From an uncultured Microbacterium sp. (GTDB lineage Bacteria > Actinomycetota > Actinomycetes > Actinomycetales > Microbacteriaceae), in contig NZ_CAJYPF010000191.1 of NCBI RefSeq assembly GCF_913776565.1, positions 1 to 58,008 on the forward strand: a stretch of 58,008 bases of DNA. Reading direction: 5' to 3'. Made by a program: the position numbers and the translations under genes. Below are positions 1 to 10,739 of the stretch, piece after piece. The notes under the pieces were generated by a model. That model was not told the DNA's origin and did not search any database. It saw nothing but the letters and a program-made list of their open reading frames with translations. Position 1 is the first letter of the stretch, and every line of letters begins with the position of its first letter.

Positions 1-1299
1 CGCGACCTGGGCAACACGCTCATCGTCGTCGAGCACGACGAAGAGACCATCCACGCGGCCGACTGGGTCGTCGACATCGGACCCCGCGCGGGCGTCGACG
101 GCGGGAACGTCGTGCACTCCGGGCCCCTGGCCCAGCTGCTCGACGACGAGGCGTCGCTCACCGGCGCGTACCTCTCGGGCCGGCGCGCGATCGAGGCGCC
201 CGAGAAGCGTCGCAAGATCGACAAGAAACGACAGGTCACGGTCGTCGGTGCCCGCGAGAACAACCTGCAGAACGTCACCGTCGACTTCCCGCTCGGCGTG
301 CTCACCTCGGTGACCGGCGTCAGCGGCTCGGGCAAGTCGACGCTGGTGAACGGCATCCTGTACGAAGTCCTCGCCTCGAAGCTGAACGGAGCGCGCCGCG
401 TCCCCGGCAAGCACACGCGCGTCACGGGTCTCGACAACCTCGACAAGGTCGTGCACGTCGACCAGGCGCCGATCGGACGCACCCCGCGCTCCAACCCGGC
501 GACGTACACCGGCGTGTTCGACCGCATCCGCAGCCTCTTCGCCGAGACGCCCGAGGCCAAGGTCCGCGGCTATCAGGCCGGCCGCTTCAGCTTCAACGTC
601 AAGGGCGGCCGCTGCGAGGCGTGCTCGGGCGACGGCACGCTGAAGATCGAGATGAACTTCCTCCCCGACGTGTACGTGGACTGCGAGGTCTGCCACGGCA
701 AGCGCTACAACCGCGACACACTGTCGGTGCACTACAAGGGCAAGAACATCGCCGAGGTGCTCGAGATGCCGATCTCGGAGGCCGCGGACTTCTTCGAGCC
801 CATCCAGGCGATCCACCGCTATCTGCGCACGCTCGTCGACGTGGGCCTGGGCTACGTACGCCTGGGGCAGTCGGCCACGACGCTCTCGGGCGGCGAGGCG
901 CAGCGCGTCAAGCTCGCCACCGAGCTCCAGCGGCGCAGCAACGGACGCTCGATCTACGTGCTCGACGAGCCGACCACGGGGCTGCACTTCGAAGACGTGT
1001 CGCTCCTGCTCAAGGTGCTCAACGGCCTGGTCGACAAGGGCAACACGGTCATCGTCATCGAGCACAACCTCGACGTGATCAAGAGCTCGGACTGGGTCAT
1101 CGATCTGGGCCCCGAGGGCGGTGCCGGCGGCGGCACGATCGTCGCCACCGGCACGCCGGAGCAGGTGGCGAAGGTGGCGGAGAGCCACACGGGCGCCTTC
1201 CTCGCCGAACTCCTCGAGACCGGTCGCACGGGCGCGCAGCGCAACACCGCCTCGGACGCCGGCAGCGCCGAGCGGGAGCTCGTGGGCGCGGCGGGCTGA
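1..1299 (+). CDS. uvrA: Excinuclease ABC subunit A, 3' part (5' truncated by window edge)
   Basis: Frame open from base 1 ([14 protein letters not shown]...); Walker [10 protein letters not shown], Zn-finger [29 protein letters not shown]. Confidence 0.97.
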   Translation, partial: RDLGNTLIVVEHDEETIHAADWVVDIGPRAGVDGGNVVHSGPLAQLLDDEASLTGAYLSGRRAIEAPEKRRKIDKKRQVTVVGARENNLQNVTVDFPLGVLTSVTGVSGSGKSTLVNGILYEVLASKLNGARRVPGKHTRVTGLDNLDKVVHVDQAPIGRTPRSNPATYTGVFDRIRSLFAETPEAKVRGYQAGRFSFNVKGGRCEACSGDGTLKIEMNFLPDVYVDCEVCHGKRYNRDTLSVHYKGKNIAEVLEMPISEAADFFEPIQAIHRYLRTLVDVGLGYVRLGQSATTLSGGEAQRVKLATELQRRSNGRSIYVLDEPTTGLHFEDVSLLLKVLNGLVDKGNTVIVIEHNLDVIKSSDWVIDLGPEGGAGGGTIVATGTPEQVAKVAESHTGAFLAELLETGRTGAQRNTASDAGSAERELVGAAG

Positions 1300-1302
1300 G
1301 CC

Positions 1303-3246
1303 GTGGCATCCCGAGAACGGATGTCGCAGCTGCCGTACCGCCCCAAGGCCGGCGAGATCCCCACCAACCCGGGGGTCTACCGGTTCCGGGATGCCGAGGG
1401 ACGCGTGCTCTACGTCGGCAAGGCGAAGAACCTCCGTGCGCGCCTGTCGAACTACTTCGCGCCCCTGCATTCGCTGCACGAGCGCACGCGGCGCATGGTG
1501 ACGACGGCCTCCAGCGTGGAATGGACCGTCGTCCCCAGCGACGTCGACTCTCTGCAGCTCGAGTACATGTGGATCAAGGAGTTCGATCCGCCCTTCAACG
1601 TGCGCTACCGAGACGACAAGTCGTACCCGTTCATGGCGATCACCCTGGCCGACGAGGCGCCGCGCGTCATCGTGACCCGGAACCCCAAGATCCGTGGCGC
1701 CAAGTACTTCGGTCCGTACCCCAAGGTGTGGGCCGTGCACGACACGATCGACCTGATGATCAAGGTCTTCCCCATCCGCACGTGCAGCGACTCCTCATAC
1801 AAGAAGGCGATGGCCTCGGGGCGGCCGTGCTTCCCCGGTCAGATCGGCCGGTGCGGCGGGCCGTGCTCGATGAAGGTCTCGATCGAGGAGCATCGCGCCG
1901 TCGTCAACGACTTCGTCGCGTTCATGTCGGGCGGTGACCAGCGCTTCACGCGAGAACTCACCGCGCGCATGAAAGAGGCCTCGGCGGCGATGGATTACGA
2001 GTCCGCCGCCCACTACCGCGACCGCCTACAGGCCATCGACGCCGTGCTCGGCAAGAGCGCGCTGGTGCTGGCCTCGGACACGGATGCCGACCTGTTCGGC
2101 ATCGCCGAGGACGAACTGGCCGCGACCGTCCAGCACTTCGTGGTGCGCGGCGGCCGAGTGCGCGGCGTGCGGGCGACGACCATCGAGAAAGAGATCGACA
2201 TCTCGGGAGCCGAGCTGGTCGACCAGGTCCTGCAGCGCACCTACGGGGACGCGGATGCCACCGACATCCCCCGGCAGGTGCTGGTTCCCGAGCTGCCCGA
2301 CGACGCCGATCAGCTCGAGGCCTGGCTGCGTGAGCGGCGGGGCCGCCCGGTGACCCTGCAGGTGGCCCAGCGCGGACGCAAGGCCGACCTGCTCAAGACG
2401 GCGACCCTGAACGCGCAGCAGGCGCTGATGCTGCACAAGACGCGGCGCACGAGTGATTACGTGGCCCGCTCCCAGGCGCTCACCGACCTGCAGGAGGCGC
2501 TCGGGATGACCGAGGCGCCCCTGCGCATCGAGTGCTACGACGTCTCGCACCTGTCGGGCACCAACGTCGTGGCATCCATGGTCGTCTTCGAGGACGGACT
2601 GCCGCGCAAAGACCAGTACCGATCCTTCGGCGTGGCCGAGACCACCGACGACACCGATTCGATGTACCAGGTGCTCACCCGGCGCCTGGCGTACCTCGAC
2701 CGGCCCGACAAGATCGAGCCCGAGACGGTGAACGGTGCGATCGTCGCCGACCCCGACTCCGACGAGGCCACCGCCGACGGCGAGGTCGTCACGGCCCGCA
2801 AGCGTCCGCGCTTCGCCTACCGTCCGCAGCTGCTCGTCGTCGACGGCGGTCAGCCGCAGGTCGCCGCGGCTGCGCGGGCGCTCGCGGACGCGGGCCACGA
2901 AGAGATCGCGCTCTGCGGCATCGCCAAGCGTCTCGAGGAGGTGTGGCTGCCGGGCGAGGAGTACCCCGTCATCCTGCCGCGCACCTCCGAGGCGCTCTAC
3001 CTGCTGCAGCGTCTGCGCGACGAGGCCCACCGTTTCGCGATCGTGCACCAGCGCAAGCGCCGCAAGCGCGACATCACCAGCGTCCTGGCCGAGGTGCCGG
3101 GCCTGGGGGACGCACGCATCAAGGCGCTGCTGCGGCACTTCGGGTCGGTGTCCGCATTGAAGAACGCGAGCCCGGACGAGATCACCGTCCTGCCCGGCAT
3201 CGGACCGACCCTCGCCGAGGCCATCCACACCCACCTGGCTCGGTAG
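1303..3246 (+). CDS. uvrC: Excinuclease ABC subunit C (start may be ATG 1321)
   Basis: [45 protein letters not shown]-terminal HhH motifs. Confidence 0.97.
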   Translation: MASRERMSQLPYRPKAGEIPTNPGVYRFRDAEGRVLYVGKAKNLRARLSNYFAPLHSLHERTRRMVTTASSVEWTVVPSDVDSLQLEYMWIKEFDPPFNVRYRDDKSYPFMAITLADEAPRVIVTRNPKIRGAKYFGPYPKVWAVHDTIDLMIKVFPIRTCSDSSYKKAMASGRPCFPGQIGRCGGPCSMKVSIEEHRAVVNDFVAFMSGGDQRFTRELTARMKEASAAMDYESAAHYRDRLQAIDAVLGKSALVLASDTDADLFGIAEDELAATVQHFVVRGGRVRGVRATTIEKEIDISGAELVDQVLQRTYGDADATDIPRQVLVPELPDDADQLEAWLRERRGRPVTLQVAQRGRKADLLKTATLNAQQALMLHKTRRTSDYVARSQALTDLQEALGMTEAPLRIECYDVSHLSGTNVVASMVVFEDGLPRKDQYRSFGVAETTDDTDSMYQVLTRRLAYLDRPDKIEPETVNGAIVADPDSDEATADGEVVTARKRPRFAYRPQLLVVDGGQPQVAAAARALADAGHEEIALCGIAKRLEEVWLPGEEYPVILPRTSEALYLLQRLRDEAHRFAIVHQRKRRKRDITSVLAEVPGLGDARIKALLRHFGSVSALKNASPDEITVLPGIGPTLAEAIHTHLAR

Positions 3247-3275
3247 GCTGGAACGGACGACGGGAGCTGATCGCC

Positions 3276-4154
3276 ATGGAGCCGGCACGAGACGAGCCAG
3301 GTGAGGTGCTGATCGTCACGGGCATGTCGGGGGCCGGACGATCGACGGTCGCCAACGCCCTCGAGGACCTCGACTGGTACGTCGTCGACAACCTGCCTCC
3401 GCAGATGCTCCGGCCGCTGCTCGAGCTCACCGAGCTCGCCGGGGGAGCGGTTCCCCGGGTCGCGGTCGTCGTGGACGTGCGCGGACGGACGCTGTTCGCC
3501 GATCTGCCCGAGGCGATGCGCTCGTTGCAGGCCGGCCGCCAGGTGCGGACGGTGTTCCTCGACGCCTCGGACGCGGTGCTGGTCCGCCGCTTCGAGGCGG
3601 TGCGGCGTCCGCACCCCCTTCAGGGCGAGGGGACGATCCTGGACGGCATCCGACGCGAACGCGACCGCCTCGCGCCGATGCGCGAGGCGGCGGACGTCGT
3701 CATCGACACCTCGGCGCTCAACGTCCACCAGCTGTCGCTGCGCACGGTCGCCCTCTTCGGCGAGGAGGGTGCGGCGCGGCACACGGTGACGCTGATGAGC
3801 TTCGGCTTCAAGTACGGACTGCCGCCCGACGTCGACCTCGTGGCCGACATGCGGTTCCTGCCGAACCCGTTCTGGAGCGAGGACCTCCGCGCGCTGACCG
3901 GGGAGGACTCCCGAGTCCGGGAATACGTGCTGGAGCAGCAGGGGGCGGCCGAGTTCCTCGACGCGTATTCGGCCGCGCTCCGGCCCGTGCTCGAGGGCTA
4001 CCAGCGCGAGAACAAGCGGCATTCCGTGGTGGCCGTGGGGTGCACGGGGGGCAAGCACAGGTCGGTCGTGATGACGCGCGAGCTCGCTGCACGTCTGGCC
4101 GATGTTCCGGGTGTGGCCGTGCGCGTGGCTCACCGCGACCTCGGTCGCGAGTAG
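3276..4154 (+). CDS. rapZ: RNase adapter RapZ / UPF0042 P-loop nucleotide-binding protein
   Basis: [49 protein letters not shown]; ATG 3276 after GGGAG. Confidence 0.95.
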   Translation: MEPARDEPGEVLIVTGMSGAGRSTVANALEDLDWYVVDNLPPQMLRPLLELTELAGGAVPRVAVVVDVRGRTLFADLPEAMRSLQAGRQVRTVFLDASDAVLVRRFEAVRRPHPLQGEGTILDGIRRERDRLAPMREAADVVIDTSALNVHQLSLRTVALFGEEGAARHTVTLMSFGFKYGLPPDVDLVADMRFLPNPFWSEDLRALTGEDSRVREYVLEQQGAAEFLDAYSAALRPVLEGYQRENKRHSVVAVGCTGGKHRSVVMTRELAARLADVPGVAVRVAHRDLGRE

Positions 4155-4194
4155 GCTGTAACGTCGTCCCCGCCGCCCCCACCCGAGGAGAACC

Positions 4195-5172
4195 GTGCCC
4201 CTGACCGCCGATGTGAAGGCCGAACTCATCACCGTTCGCGACCCGCGCCCCACGGCGCGCGTCGCCGAACTCACGGCCCTTCTGCGCTTCTCCGGCGGTC
4301 TGCACTCCATCGCCAACCGCGTCGCCGTCGAGGCCGAGTTGGACTCCGACATCCTCGCCCGCCGCGTCGCGCGTGACCTGATGGAGCTGTACGGTGTGCG
4401 TCCCGAGCTGCACCACGTCCAGGGCTCCGGCGGACGCACGGGCGGCCACTTCGCGGTCCGCGTCATCGAGGCGGGGGAGACCCTGGCGCGTCAGACCGGT
4501 CTGCTCGATCAGCGCCGTCGTCCCGTGCGCGGTCTGCCCAACAAGCTCACGACGGGTTCGCGTCCCGACCTCAGCGCGATCTGGCGCGGGGCCTTCCTGG
4601 CCAGCGGCACGCTCAGCGACCCGGGTCGTTCGGCGGCTCTCGAGATCTCGTGCCCCTCGTCCGAGGCGGCCATGGCTCTCGTGGGCGCCGGTCACCGCAT
4701 CGGCATCCCCGCCAAGGCCCGCGAGGTGCGCGGCGTCCCCCGTGTGGTCGTGCGCGACGGCGAGGCGATCCGCGGAGCGCTGTACGAGATGGGTGCGCGC
4801 CGCACCGCCGGCGAGTGGGACCAGATGCGCCAGCGTCGGGAGGTGCGCGCCGGAGTGAACCGTCTGGTCAACTTCGACGACGCCAACCTGCGCCGCTCCG
4901 CGCAGGCCGCGGTCGCCGCGTGCGCGCGTGTCGAGCGCGCGCTCGAGATCCTCGGCGACGAGGTGCCCGATCACCTGCAGCAGGCCGGCGAATTGCGACT
5001 GGCCCACCGCGACGCGAGCCTCGACGAGCTCGGGCACCACGCCGATCCGCCGCTGACGAAGGACGCGGTCGCCGGCCGTATCCGGCGCCTGCTCGCCATG
5101 GCCGACAAGAAGGCCGAGGCCGAGGGCATCCCGGGCACCGAGGCGGCCGTTCCCGTGGGCGCCGACGACTGA
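4195..5172 (+). CDS. whiA: DNA-binding protein WhiA
   Basis: [36 protein letters not shown]; GAGGAG RBS. Confidence 0.96.
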   Translation: MPLTADVKAELITVRDPRPTARVAELTALLRFSGGLHSIANRVAVEAELDSDILARRVARDLMELYGVRPELHHVQGSGGRTGGHFAVRVIEAGETLARQTGLLDQRRRPVRGLPNKLTTGSRPDLSAIWRGAFLASGTLSDPGRSAALEISCPSSEAAMALVGAGHRIGIPAKAREVRGVPRVVVRDGEAIRGALYEMGARRTAGEWDQMRQRREVRAGVNRLVNFDDANLRRSAQAAVAACARVERALEILGDEVPDHLQQAGELRLAHRDASLDELGHHADPPLTKDAVAGRIRRLLAMADKKAEAEGIPGTEAAVPVGADD

Positions 5173-5427
5173 GTCCTCTCGGATCGCGGATGCCGGGTCC
5201 CGGCGTCCCGCGCCGGGGATGTGCGACCACCCCGCACCGCGTCCCTCCACCCCGGGCCGGGGAGCGTGCGACGCGCCCGGGCCGCTACCTTCCGTCATCC
5301 AGGGAAGCAACCCCGGGGGTGCCGCGTTGGTCCTCAATAGGATGAACTCGTCACCCTTGCTGCTCGAGCCTCGGCATGTCATTCCGGCGCAGAGGTCCGG
5401 GCAGCGCCCGATTCGGAAGTAGAGAAC

Positions 5428-6054
5428 ATGGCGAAGTACACGCTGCCCGAACTGCCCTACGACTACTCCGCGCTGGAGCCGCACATCAGCGCGACCATCA
5501 TGGAGCTGCACCACAGCAAGCACCACCAGACGTACGTCAACGGGGCGAACACGACCCTCGACCTGCTCGCCGAAGCGCGCGAGAAGGGCGATTTCGCCAA
5601 CATCAACCGCCTGCAGAAGGACCTCGCGTTCAACCTCGGCGGTCACACCAACCACTCGATCTTCTGGACGAACCTCTCGCCCAACGGCGGAGACAAGCCC
5701 ACCGGCGACCTCGAGTCGGCGATCGACGACCAGTTCGGCTCGTTCGACGCTTTCCGTGCGCAGTTCACCGCGGCCGCCCTCGGCGTGCAGGGCTCGGGCT
5801 GGGCCGGTCTGTTCTGGGATTCGATCGGCGAGAACCTCGTCATCCAGCAGTTCTTCGACCAGCAGGGCCAGATCGTCGCGGGCACCGTTCCGCTGCTGCT
5901 CCTCGACGTCTGGGAGCACGCCTACTACCTCGACTACAAGAACGTGCGCGCCGACTACGTGAAGGCCTTCTGGAACATCGCCAACTGGGCCGACGCTCAG
6001 GAGCGCTTCGCCGCCGCCCGTGAGAAGACCGCGGGTCTGCTGGTACTGTCGTAA
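5428..6054 (+). CDS. sodA: Fe/Mn superoxide dismutase
   Basis: [36 protein letters not shown]. Confidence 0.97.
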   Translation: MAKYTLPELPYDYSALEPHISATIMELHHSKHHQTYVNGANTTLDLLAEAREKGDFANINRLQKDLAFNLGGHTNHSIFWTNLSPNGGDKPTGDLESAIDDQFGSFDAFRAQFTAAALGVQGSGWAGLFWDSIGENLVIQQFFDQQGQIVAGTVPLLLLDVWEHAYYLDYKNVRADYVKAFWNIANWADAQERFAAAREKTAGLLVLS

Positions 6055-6060
6055 ACGGTG

Positions 6061-6094
6061 CGGCGTCCCGGTGGGACACCCCACCGGGACGCCG
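6061..6094 (+). terminator. Strong hairpin after sodA (terminator or mRNA stabiliser)
   Basis: 15-bp perfect inverted repeat CGGCGTCCCGGTGGG / CCCACCGGGACGCCG, 4-nt loop, followed by TTGT. Confidence 0.6.
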
Positions 6095-6142
6095 TTGTCC
6101 GCCAGCGAATACCGCAATCACGCGCCTCTCGCGCACAACTGA

Positions 6143-7168
<1,026 letters not shown>

Positions 7169-7174
7169 CACTCC

Positions 7175-8392
7175 ATGGCTCTGCGCACCCTCGATTCGCT
7201 GGGGTCGCTCGCCGGCACGCGCGTCATCGTCCGTTGTGATCTGAACGTCCCCCTCAAGGACGGCGTCATCACGGACGATGGCCGCGTGCGCGCGTCGCTT
7301 CCGACCCTCAACGCACTGATCAACGCCGGCGCGCGTGTGGTCGTGTGCTCGCACCTGGGCCGCCCCGACGGCGCGCCCGACCCGAAGTACTCGCTCGAGC
7401 CGGTCGCGCAGCGCCTGTCCGAGCTGCTCGGCCAGCCTGTCGCGTTCGCGCGCGACACGGTGGGCGAGTCGGCTCGGGATGCCGTGTCCTCCCTCGAGGA
7501 CGGCGAGATCGCCGTGATCGAGAACCTGCGATTCAACGCGGGGGAGACCTCGAAGGACGAGGCCGAGCGCCAGGCCTTCGCGCGGGAGCTCGCCGATCTG
7601 GGCGACGCCCTCGTCTCGGACGGTTTCGGCGTCGTGCACCGCAAGCAGGCGAGCGTCTACGACCTCGCCCAGCTCGTGCCCTCGGCCGCGGGCCTTCTCA
7701 TCCAGAAGGAGCTCGAGGTCCTCGATCGCCTGACGGAAAACCCCGAGCGTCCGTACACAGTCGTCCTCGGCGGCTCGAAGGTCAGCGACAAGCTGGGCGT
7801 CATCGAGCACCTGCTCCCGCGCGTGGACAAGCTCCTCGTCGGCGGCGGCATGATGTTCACCTTCCTCGTCGCCGAGGGTCACCAGGTCGGCTCGAGCCTG
7901 CTCGAGAAGGATCAGATCGACACCGTGAAGGGCTACCTCGCCACGGCGAAGGAGCGCGGCGTCGAGATCGTCCTCCCGGTCGATGCGGTCGTCGCGGCCT
8001 CGTTCTCGGCGGACGCCGAGCACGTGGTGGCGGCCGCCGACGCCCTCGAGGACACCGCCTTCGGCGCCTCCGGCCTCGGTCTCGACATCGGGCCGCGCAC
8101 GGCGGAGCTGTTCGCCGACGCGATCCGCGGCTCGCGCACCGTCTTCTGGAACGGCCCGATGGGTGTGTTCGAGATGAAGGCGTTCGAAGCCGGCACGAAG
8201 ACCGTCGCCCAGGCGCTCACCGAGGTCGACGGCCTCAGCGTCGTCGGCGGCGGCGACTCCGCGGCCGCGGTGCGTCAGCTCGGCTTCGCCGACGACCAGT
8301 TCGGTCACATCTCCACCGGCGGCGGCGCCAGCCTGGAGTTCCTCGAAGGCAAGAAGCTCCCCGGACTGGAGGTCCTCGGATGGCAACAGTGA
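7175..8392 (+). CDS. pgk: Phosphoglycerate kinase
   Basis: RCDLNVP, SHLGRP, GGSKVSDK, WNGPMGVFE, STGGGASLE. Confidence 0.98.
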   Translation: MALRTLDSLGSLAGTRVIVRCDLNVPLKDGVITDDGRVRASLPTLNALINAGARVVVCSHLGRPDGAPDPKYSLEPVAQRLSELLGQPVAFARDTVGESARDAVSSLEDGEIAVIENLRFNAGETSKDEAERQAFARELADLGDALVSDGFGVVHRKQASVYDLAQLVPSAAGLLIQKELEVLDRLTENPERPYTVVLGGSKVSDKLGVIEHLLPRVDKLLVGGGMMFTFLVAEGHQVGSSLLEKDQIDTVKGYLATAKERGVEIVLPVDAVVAASFSADAEHVVAAADALEDTAFGASGLGLDIGPRTAELFADAIRGSRTVFWNGPMGVFEMKAFEAGTKTVAQALTEVDGLSVVGGGDSAAAVRQLGFADDQFGHISTGGGASLEFLEGKKLPGLEVLGWQQ

Positions 8393-9171
8393 ACAGAACC
8401 CCCCTCATCGCGGGCAACTGGAAGATGAACCTCGACCACCTTCAGGCGGTCGCGTTCGTCCAGAAGCTGCACTGGACGCTGAAAGAGGCCAAGCACGACA
8501 ACGGCAGTGTCGAGGTCGCGGTCTTCCCGCCGTACACCGACCTGCGCACCGTGCAGACGCTCCTCGACGCCGACAAGATCGACTTCGCCCTGGGCGGTCA
8601 GGACCTGTCGGCGCATGACTCGGGCGCCTACACCGGCGAGATCTCGGGGCAGTTCCTCGCGAAACTGGACGCGCGCTACGTGATCATCGGTCACTCGGAG
8701 CGTCGGCAGTTCCACCACGAGACCGACGAGGTCATCGCGGCCAAGACGCAGGCGGCCCTGCGCCACGGTCTCGTGCCCGTCATCTGCGTCGGCGAGACCT
8801 CGGAGGACCTCGAGAAGTTCGGCGCCAGCGCCGTTCCCGTGGGTCAGCTCGAGGTCGCTCTCGAAGGCGTGTCGGCCGACGCCGACATCGTCGTGGCGTA
8901 CGAGCCGGTCTGGGCGATCGGCTCGGGTCAGGCGGCGACGCCCGACCAGGCCCAGGAGGTCTGCGCGAAGCTGCGCGCGGTCGTCGCCGACAAGCTCGGC
9001 GCGGACGCGGCGGCGCGCACGCGCGTGCTCTACGGCGGTTCGGTGAAGTCGGGCAACATCGCCGGCTTCATGCGCGAGCCCGATGTCGACGGTGCGCTGG
9101 TGGGCGGTGCGAGTCTCGTCGTGGATGAGTTCGCGGCGATCATCCGCTTCCAGAAGCACATCGGCGTCTGA
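8380..9171 (+). CDS. tpiA: Triose-phosphate isomerase
   Basis: AGNWKMN, IGHSERR, AYEPVWAIG, YGGSV, LVGGASL; ATG 8380 overlaps the end of pgk. Confidence 0.97.
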   Translation: MATVNRTPLIAGNWKMNLDHLQAVAFVQKLHWTLKEAKHDNGSVEVAVFPPYTDLRTVQTLLDADKIDFALGGQDLSAHDSGAYTGEISGQFLAKLDARYVIIGHSERRQFHHETDEVIAAKTQAALRHGLVPVICVGETSEDLEKFGASAVPVGQLEVALEGVSADADIVVAYEPVWAIGSGQAATPDQAQEVCAKLRAVVADKLGADAAARTRVLYGGSVKSGNIAGFMREPDVDGALVGGASLVVDEFAAIIRFQKHIGV

Positions 9172-9177
9172 CGCCCT

Positions 9178-9214
9178 CACGGATGCCCGCGGCACGGCGC
9201 CGCGGGCATCCGTG
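9178..9214. repeat. GGATGCC-core hairpin after tpiA (REP-like or terminator)
   Basis: 16-bp perfect arms CACGGATGCCCGCGGC / GCCGCGGGCATCCGTG, 5-nt loop. Confidence 0.7.
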
Positions 9215-9283
9215 CGTCCGAGACGCCTCCCCGTATACTTGACGCTTGTGCGGTCGACCCGATCGCTGTGAAAGGCTTCGACA

Positions 9284-9532
9284 GTGCAGATTCTCGAGTT
9301 CGTCCTGCAGGTGCTCCTGGGCATCACCAGCCTCCTGCTGACCCTGCTCATCCTGCTTCACAAGGGTCGCGGCGGCGGTCTGTCCGACATGTTCGGCGGC
9401 GGTATGAGCTCCGCCCTGGGCTCGTCGGGTCTGGCCGAGCGCAACCTCAACCGATTCACGATCGTGCTGGCTCTGGTGTGGTTCGTCACCATCGTCGGCC
9501 TCGGTCTGCTGACCAAATTCGCGGAGATCTGA
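9284..9532 (+). CDS. secG: Preprotein translocase subunit SecG
   Basis: Two hydrophobic helices, LLHKGRGGGLSDMFGGG, AERNLNRFT; follows tpiA; TATACT -10 at 9234-9239. Confidence 0.95.
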   Translation: MQILEFVLQVLLGITSLLLTLLILLHKGRGGGLSDMFGGGMSSALGSSGLAERNLNRFTIVLALVWFVTIVGLGLLTKFAEI

Positions 9533-9533
9533 C

Positions 9534-9887
9534 ATGGCCACTGGCGGCAATGCCATCCGTGGCTCGCGCGTGGGCGCGGGCCCCATGGGCGAGCAGGATC
9601 ACGGCTTCCACGCGGACCGCGTGGCCGTGTCGTACTGGGACGCCCTCGGCAACGAGACCGTGCGCTATTTCGCCGCCGGGATCCCCGACGACGAGATCCC
9701 CGAGACGATCGACTCCCCGCACTCCGGCCTCCCGGCCGGGCGCGACAAGGCCAACCCGCCGGCTCTCGCCAAGGCCGAGCCGTACAAGACGCACCTCGCC
9801 TACGTGAAAGAGCGCCGCAGCGACGACGAGGCCGCCTCGCTCCTCGACGACGCCCTGCAGCAGCTGCGCGAGCGTCGCGGACAGTGA
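9534..9887 (+). CDS. rbpA: RNA polymerase-binding protein RbpA family
   Basis: AIRGSRVGAGPMGE and KTHLAYVKERRSDDEA..LLDDAL (RbpA sigma-interaction-type C-terminus); typical position after secG. Confidence 0.85.
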   Translation: MATGGNAIRGSRVGAGPMGEQDHGFHADRVAVSYWDALGNETVRYFAAGIPDDEIPETIDSPHSGLPAGRDKANPPALAKAEPYKTHLAYVKERRSDDEAASLLDDALQQLRERRGQ

Positions 9888-9913
9888 TCCCGCTCGGCTC
9901 CCATCGGAGCTGA

Positions 9914-9956
9914 GGACGACGGGGCCGGATGCCATGGCATCCGGCCCTGTCCTTTT
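9914..9956 (+). terminator. Intrinsic terminator of secG-rbpA built on a perfect 26-bp GGATGCC palindrome
   Basis: GGGCCGGATGCCA/TGGCATCCGGCCC at 9922-9947, extended by GGAC/GTCC, followed by TTTT. Confidence 0.7.
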
Positions 9957-9992
9957 CCCCTGGCGAGGGGGGGAGGACCGGCGGGAGCGGGG

Positions 9993-10739
9993 TCAGCGGA
10001 CGGGGGAGTCGGTGACGATCCTGGTCCAGGGACCGGCCGGGACGTCCGCGTCGTCGACGAACGCCCAGTCCACGCGGTCGCCGTCGCCGTTGAGGTCGGC
10101 GAAGCCGAGGCAGCCGTTGAGCGCGGGGGAGACGTCGAGGCCCGCACCGTTGTAGCGGGTGTTGGCCGGCCGGCGATCGTCGGAGCCGAAGACGTAGGCC
10201 GCGTCGCGATACTCGCCGGGGCCGGCATCCTGGATCTGCCCGTAGCAGATGCGCCCGTCCTTGCGCAGAACGACCCAGCGGTTCTTCATCAGGCTCGCCG
10301 AGGGGTCGTCGACGAGGGGCGCGTAGGCGGGGTCAGAGGCCCACGGAACCACCTGGCCACGCGTGGCGAACCCCTCGTCGTCGTTGACGTCGTCGAAGGG
10401 GAGATCGAGGTAGAACGGGTTCTGCCGGGGGGTCATGGCCGTCGGGAACCAGTCGTCGGCAGCGGTGCGCGTCTCGGTGCGGCACTCCTCGCCGACGTGG
10501 ATGCCGTCGCAGCCGCCGTACGAGCCCAGCCAATCGGAGTCGTAGGTCGAGATCCGCTGGCTGCCGTCGGACGCGGAGGCGTCGAACACCTCGCCGACCC
10601 AGAAGGTGGTCGCGATGATCCCGGTATGCCAGGGATACCCGGTGTCGGGACGGTCGGGCGGGACAGGAGTGCAGGCGCTCACGCCGGCGGCGACGACCAC
10701 CGCGAGGGTGATCGCCGCCGCCGTACGCCGCGTCGTCAT
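9993..10739 (-). CDS. Uncharacterised lipoprotein, probable double-psi beta-barrel (RlpA/barwin/expansin-like) glycan-acting domain
   Basis: 248 aa; signal peptide with lipobox VSA-C; CYGQIQDAGP...GAGLDVSPAL resembles the DPBB DxGP..DLS motif; ATGA overlap with the upstream deacetylase gene. Confidence 0.7.
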   Translation of the reverse strand: MTTRRTAAAITLAVVVAAGVSACTPVPPDRPDTGYPWHTGIIATTFWVGEVFDASASDGSQRISTYDSDWLGSYGGCDGIHVGEECRTETRTAADDWFPTAMTPRQNPFYLDLPFDDVNDDEGFATRGQVVPWASDPAYAPLVDDPSASLMKNRWVVLRKDGRICYGQIQDAGPGEYRDAAYVFGSDDRRPANTRYNGAGLDVSPALNGCLGFADLNGDGDRVDWAFVDDADVPAGPWTRIVTDSPVR

